This document shows, piece by piece, positions 59,721 to 64,000 of a stretch of 64,000 bases of DNA. The first letter of the stretch is position 1, and each line of letters starts with the position of its first letter. The stretch lies in contig CBDBDQ010000005.1 of NCBI GenBank assembly GCA_965203905.1, positions 5,376,001-5,440,000 of the forward strand. The letters run 5' to 3'. A model generated the notes under the pieces. It did not search any database. It had not been told where the DNA came from and saw only the letters and a program-made list of their open reading frames with translations. The DNA is from Spirochaetia bacterium (GTDB taxonomy: Bacteria > Spirochaetota > Spirochaetia > SZUA-6 > Bin103). The position numbers were made by a program, and so were the translations under genes.

Positions 59721-59774
59721 GGCGCCGGCAGGGACCGGCGCGCGCCGGCAGGCACCGGCGCGCACCGGCAGGGA
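59721..59774. repeat. REP-like 20-bp palindromic tandem repeat (2.7 copies)
   Basis: GGCGCCGGCAGGGACCGGCG / CGCGCCGGCAGGCACCGGCG / CGCACCGGCAGGGA. Confidence 0.7.
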
Positions 59775-59827
59775 TGGGTTGAGCCGGCCGGGGCGCTTCT
59801 GGCATGGTCCCGGCGGAGCGGGGTGTA

Positions 59828-60298
59828 ATGGACCTGTCACGTGTGTTTTCTCCCGAGGTCGTCCTGGTGCCGCTGCGGGCGGCGAGCGACGACGATGCCC
59901 TGCGGCAACTGGTCGCGCGGCTGGTGCAAGCCGCGGGGCTCAGCGCGCCGGAGCGGATCCTGGCGCGGCTCACCGAGGAAGCCGCGCTGCGGGCCACCCT
60001 GGTGGGGAACGGAGCGGGCATCGTCCACAGCCGGCTGGAGGAGCTGAAGCGCCCGGTGGCGGCACTCGGCGTGCTGGCGCCGGGCAAGTCGCTGCACCTG
60101 GGCGCCACCCTGCAGTTCGTGGTGGAGGTGATCTTCCTGGTGCTGTCGCCGGTGGAGCCGCCGGAGCCGCACCTGGAACTGATCTCGGCGATCGCCGCCC
60201 TGGTGCGCGACGAGGCGGCGCTCAAACTGCTGCGCGGCGCCTCGGATCCAGCCGCGGCCATCGCCACGCTGACCTACGCCGCCGGCAATGGCCGTTAG
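59828..60298 (+). CDS. PTS EIIA (fructose/mannitol/Ntr-type) domain protein
   Basis: L..EE....T.VGNGAGIVHSR, IFLVLSP....HL.LIS.IA. Confidence 0.75.
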   Translation: MDLSRVFSPEVVLVPLRAASDDDALRQLVARLVQAAGLSAPERILARLTEEAALRATLVGNGAGIVHSRLEELKRPVAALGVLAPGKSLHLGATLQFVVEVIFLVLSPVEPPEPHLELISAIAALVRDEAALKLLRGASDPAAAIATLTYAAGNGR

Positions 60299-60308
60299 CA
60301 CGTAACCG

Positions 60309-61478
60309 CTACAGCACCTCGATCTGCCAGTCGAAGCCGGGACCCTCGGAGGGGCGGGTGTAGATGCCGTCCGGGCCGCGGGTGATGTTGTTGTCCTCCT
60401 CGTAGCGCCGGTACACCTCGTCCGGACCGCCCGGGGCCGGCATGAACATCTCCGCCCACGGACTGTTGGGGGTGGCCATGATGAAGTGCACGCCGTCGCG
60501 CGAGCCGCCGCCGTGCGGGATCACGGGGATGTCGTAGGCCGCCGCCATGGCCGCGATGCGGCGCAGCTCGGTCAGTCCGCCGCACCAGTGGATGTCCGGC
60601 TGCCAGATTTCCGCCCCTTCGTGCTCCAGGAGTTGGCGGAACCCGTACCGCGTATAGACGTGCTCGCCGGTGGCGATGCGCGTCGAGGCGATCTGCCGGC
60701 GCAGGCGTCCGAACCCGGCGTAGTCGTCCGGCGGCAGGCACTCCTCCAGCCAGTAGACGCGGTACGGCTCCAGCGCCTCCGCCAGCTCCAGCGTGTAGCG
60801 TTCGGTCAGCGCCATCCAGCAGTCGATCATCACTTCGCCATCCTCGCCCAACGCCTCCCGCGCGCGCCTGACCAGCTCCACGTTGCGGCGCAGCCCCGCG
60901 CGCCCGTCGACCGGACCGTGGGGCAGGGCCAGCTTGAGCCTGGTGAAGCCGAACTCCACGTGCTGTTCGATGTCGTTGCCGGTGCAGTAGCAGGGGATGC
61001 GTGGCTTGGTCTCACCGCCGAGCAGCCGGTACACGGGCAGTCCGGACGCCTTGCCGGCGATGTCCCACAGCGCCAGGTCCACCCCGCTGATGGCGTTCAT
61101 CACCACCCCGGCGCGGCCGTAGTGCATGGTGGCGCGCCACAGCAGGTCCCAGATCCGCTCCCGGTCGAGCGCACTCTCGCCCAGCAGCAGCTTGGTCAGG
61201 TGGCCTTCGATGATCGGGCCGCCGCCCGGTCCGCCGGAGCCGAAGCCGGTGACTCCGCGGTCGGTCGCGATCTCCACCCAGAAGCTGTCGACGCCGCCGG
61301 GGTCCGGCATGAACAGGCTGCGCATCGGCTTGTACTTGGGATAGAGGGAAACCGGGTTGGCCACCTCCACGTGGCCGGTGGACCACGCCCCGGGCGCCGC
61401 TTCGTAGCGGGGCAGGGGATCCCGCGGCCGCGTGCGCACCACGCGCACGCCGGTGATTCGGAACATGGTGTCGCTCAT
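60309..61478 (-). CDS. L-rhamnonate dehydratase-like enolase superfamily protein
   Basis: VANPVS.YP.Y, ISGVDLALWD..GK, CYCTG, KLALPHGP, MIDCWM, ATGEH, QPDIHWCGG, VIPHG. Confidence 0.85.
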   Translation of the reverse strand: MSDTMFRITGVRVVRTRPRDPLPRYEAAPGAWSTGHVEVANPVSLYPKYKPMRSLFMPDPGGVDSFWVEIATDRGVTGFGSGGPGGGPIIEGHLTKLLLGESALDRERIWDLLWRATMHYGRAGVVMNAISGVDLALWDIAGKASGLPVYRLLGGETKPRIPCYCTGNDIEQHVEFGFTRLKLALPHGPVDGRAGLRRNVELVRRAREALGEDGEVMIDCWMALTERYTLELAEALEPYRVYWLEECLPPDDYAGFGRLRRQIASTRIATGEHVYTRYGFRQLLEHEGAEIWQPDIHWCGGLTELRRIAAMAAAYDIPVIPHGGGSRDGVHFIMATPNSPWAEMFMPAPGGPDEVYRRYEEDNNITRGPDGIYTRPSEGPGFDWQIEVL

Positions 61479-61488
61479 GGTGCCGTCC

Positions 61489-62670
61489 TCACGACAGGAA
61501 CAGGTCGAGGAATCGTTCGATGTCGAAGTGCTCCTCGAACAGCTGCTCGATTTCCGCAATCTTGCCGGTGTCGTACACCTGCAGCTTGGTATTCTCGTAG
61601 AGCCGGAACAGCCGCTCCTCGGTGGCGGCCGAGTCCTCCCGCACGTACAGCGCCGGCAGGCCGGCACGGACCAGCTCGTCGCGCACCTCCGCCTCCACCG
61701 GCTCGGTCTCCCCGCAGGTCAGGATCAGCCCGGCGATACCGCCCCGATGCAGGATTTCGGTATGGAACTTGAGGATCTGGCGGATGCGCGGGGTGGAGCT
61801 GGCGCTGATGATCAGCACGTCTCCCAAGCCCACGTAGTGGCGGAGCTGGGTCCCCAGGTGTTGCGCCGGCATCGACACCAGCTTGATCGACGCGCAGGGC
61901 CGGCGCCAGGCGATCGCCTGGGGGTCGCCCAGCGGTTCCACGCCGGGCAGGGCGCCGAGGATCACCCGCATCGAGGGCCGCGGCAGGTCGGGAATGGTGG
62001 GCAGGTAGCCGAAGATGTGCAGCCGGGAGCCGTTGGCGGCCGCGTAGCGTTCGTTGATCAGCTCTTCGTTGAGGTAGCGGCGGGTCTGGTCCAGCTTGTC
62101 GGGAAAGACCTTGTTCACCAGCAGGCCGCGCACCCGGCAGCCGTGATGCAGGAAGTAGCTCAGGTCCACGTCGATGGTATCCAGCGCGCGGCCGATGCCG
62201 CCGCCGGAGACGAAGATGATCTCCGCTCCGAGCAGCTTGCCGACGGTGGCGTTGGACAGACCGACCACGCTGCCCACGCCGGGATGCCCCGAGCCTTCGG
62301 CGATCACGATGCGACGGTCCGCGAGCTGTTCCAGGGAGCGCGTGATCTCCAGCGAGAGCGCGCGCGTCAGCCGGGCGCGGTGCCGCGAATCGAGGTAGGA
62401 GCGGGTGAAGTTGCTGGAAAAGCGCACCGGGGAGAGCTTGGCCAGCGGCAGGTCCGGGAGCTGGGCGAACTCGCCGATCAGCTCCACGTCCTTGTCCACC
62501 ACGATGCCCTTGGCGTCGCGCACCAATTGTTGCCCGACCGGCTTGAGATACCCGATCTCGCTCGGATCGAGGTGCTTGCGGAGCTGGGAGATGATGCCGA
62601 GGCTGGTGACCGTCTTGCCGGCGTGCTGGCGGAAGCCGGTGAGGTAGACGACTACCGGCGCCGGCATCAC
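61489..62670 (-). CDS. AAA_26 (BioD-like) phosphotransacetylase N-terminal family protein
   Basis: QHAGKTVTSLG, GYLKPVGQ, EGSGHPGVGSVVGLSNA, GGIGRALD. Confidence 0.82.
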   Translation of the reverse strand: MMPAPVVVYLTGFRQHAGKTVTSLGIISQLRKHLDPSEIGYLKPVGQQLVRDAKGIVVDKDVELIGEFAQLPDLPLAKLSPVRFSSNFTRSYLDSRHRARLTRALSLEITRSLEQLADRRIVIAEGSGHPGVGSVVGLSNATVGKLLGAEIIFVSGGGIGRALDTIDVDLSYFLHHGCRVRGLLVNKVFPDKLDQTRRYLNEELINERYAAANGSRLHIFGYLPTIPDLPRPSMRVILGALPGVEPLGDPQAIAWRRPCASIKLVSMPAQHLGTQLRHYVGLGDVLIISASSTPRIRQILKFHTEILHRGGIAGLILTCGETEPVEAEVRDELVRAGLPALYVREDSAATEERLFRLYENTKLQVYDTGKIAEIEQLFEEHFDIERFLDLFLS

Positions 62671-64000
62671 TTGAACAGGTCGGCGATCCGCTGCTCGTTC
62701 TCGGCGGTGATCACGTGGCGTCGCATCTTCAGGGTATGGGTGAGCTGGTCGCCGACCGCGAACGGCTGGTCGAGCACCGCGATGCGGGCGATGCGCTCGA
62801 AGCTCTTGAAGCCGTTCTTGGCGTTCACCCGGCTCTGCACCTCGTCCTGAATCAGGCTCTGCACCTCGCTGCTGGCGGCCAGCGTGGCGAGGTCGTCTCC
62901 GTCGACCCCGCGCGCGGCAGCGTAGGGCGCCACCGTTTCCACGTTGGGGATCACCAGGGCGCCAAGAAAGCGCTGATCCTGGCCCACCACCATGACGTGC
63001 TCGATGTACTCCGACTGCCGCACCAGGTCCTCGATCGGCTCGGGCTCGACGTTTTCGCCGCCCAGCAGGACGACGGTGTCCTTGGCCCGCCCCGTGATCT
63101 GGATCTCGCCGGTTACCGTGACCGTGCCGATGTCGCCGGTATCCAGCCAGCCGTCGGACGACAGCACCGCCGCGGTGTCGCCCGGGCGCTTGTAGTAGCC
63201 CTTCATCACCTGCGGGCCGCGCACGTGAATCACGCCCCTCTCGCCCGGCCGCGCCGTGTTGCCGTCTTCCTTGACGATCCTGACCTCGGTACCGGTGATG
63301 GGGGGGCCGACGGTAGCGCTGACCGGATGGTCGAGCTTGCGCACCGACACCACCGGTGCCGCCTCGGTGAGTCCGTAGCCTTCCAGGACCAGGATGCCGG
63401 CCGCGGCGAAGAAGTCGTCCACGTAGCCCGGCAGCGCCCCGGCGCCGGAGATGCCGGCCTTGAAGCGGGTCCCCAGGCGGGCGGTGATCTTGCTGAACAC
63501 CAGCACCTTGCCCAGCAGCGCGAACGGCGTCAGCAGGATCAGCGGCAGCAGCGCAAGCAGCACGTCACGAGCCGGCGACTGCACCGTGAAGCGCGGCGAC
63601 CGCCCGTGCATCAGGCGCAGCAGCTTGCTGTGGGCGGAGCCGACCGCGATGAAGAACTTGAACAGCGCCGCCTTGACCCCGCCCTCGTGCTCCACGTTGC
63701 GGTAGACGCCGGCGCGGACCCCTTCCCAGATGCGCGGCACGGTGGGGAAGTAGGTGGGGTTGGCGGCAATCAGGTCGGCAAGCATCACCTCGCGGATCGG
63801 CTTCGAGTAGGCGATCCCGGCCCCCGAGAACAGCGCCGCGTACTCGATGATGCGCTCGTAGGAGTGCCACACCGGCAGCACCGACAACAGCATGTCGTCA
63901 GGCCCGATCGGGACCGAATCGGGAATGGCGTCGATCTGGTACACGAAGTTGGCGTGGGTGAGCATCACCCCCTTGGGCTCGCCGGTGGTCCCGGAGGTGT
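62667..64000 (-). CDS. Long-chain fatty acid-CoA ligase (5' end outside window)
   Basis: TSGTTGEPKGVMLTHANF, EGYGLTE, GPQVMKGYY, DGWLDTGD, GRAKD, GENVEP. Confidence 0.93.
   Translation of the reverse strand, partial: TSGTTGEPKGVMLTHANFVYQIDAIPDSVPIGPDDMLLSVLPVWHSYERIIEYAALFSGAGIAYSKPIREVMLADLIAANPTYFPTVPRIWEGVRAGVYRNVEHEGGVKAALFKFFIAVGSAHSKLLRLMHGRSPRFTVQSPARDVLLALLPLILLTPFALLGKVLVFSKITARLGTRFKAGISGAGALPGYVDDFFAAAGILVLEGYGLTEAAPVVSVRKLDHPVSATVGPPITGTEVRIVKEDGNTARPGERGVIHVRGPQVMKGYYKRPGDTAAVLSSDGWLDTGDIGTVTVTGEIQITGRAKDTVVLLGGENVEPEPIEDLVRQSEYIEHVMVVGQDQRFLGALVIPNVETVAPYAAARGVDGDDLATLAASSEVQSLIQDEVQSRVNAKNGFKSFERIARIAVLDQPFAVGDQLTHTLKMRRHVITAENEQRIADLFK

Noticed and set aside
1-64000. CRISPR array
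   Set aside because: No run of equal-length direct repeats with unique spacers was seen; the 20-bp repeat at 59721 has no spacers.

Overview
High-GC bacterial window in two halves. (1) ~1-24.3 kb is a decaying defence/mobile island. It holds an intact HigBA, stubs of an AAA ATPase and an MmeI-like R-M enzyme, and a low-GC HEPN-like gene split by a 5.5-kb ISKra4-family element (21/23-bp TIRs, 9-bp TSD). That element's DUF4338 passenger gene is split in turn by an oversized 2.6-kb IS3-family element (3-bp TSD) carrying an IS21 istB remnant. The island also has an integrase pseudogene, a type I R-M locus (hsdM-hsdS-DUF433-DUF5615-hsdR-higA/higB') followed by a deleted, diverged partial second copy, many toxin-antitoxin remnants and an orphan AbiEi. 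(2) ~24.3-64 kb is intact and mostly sugar/sugar-acid catabolism: GatZ/KbaZ-like protein, beta-propeller glycosidase, oligogalacturonate lyase, aldolases, dehydratases, lactonase, tRNA-Glu(CTC), a D-apionate operon (ApnO, RuBisCO-like protein, DUF1537 kinase), two paralogous Asp-box sialidase-like genes around a flavin oxidoreductase, an AraC regulator with a C-terminal PAS domain, a sugar ABC transporter, RhaM, an L-rhamnonate dehydratase-like enzyme, a Kch-like channel with an atypical filter and a partial acyl-CoA synthetase. All product calls come from motif recognition by eye; no searches were run. Several single-base frameshifts in the island lie in short homopolymers and may be sequencing errors.
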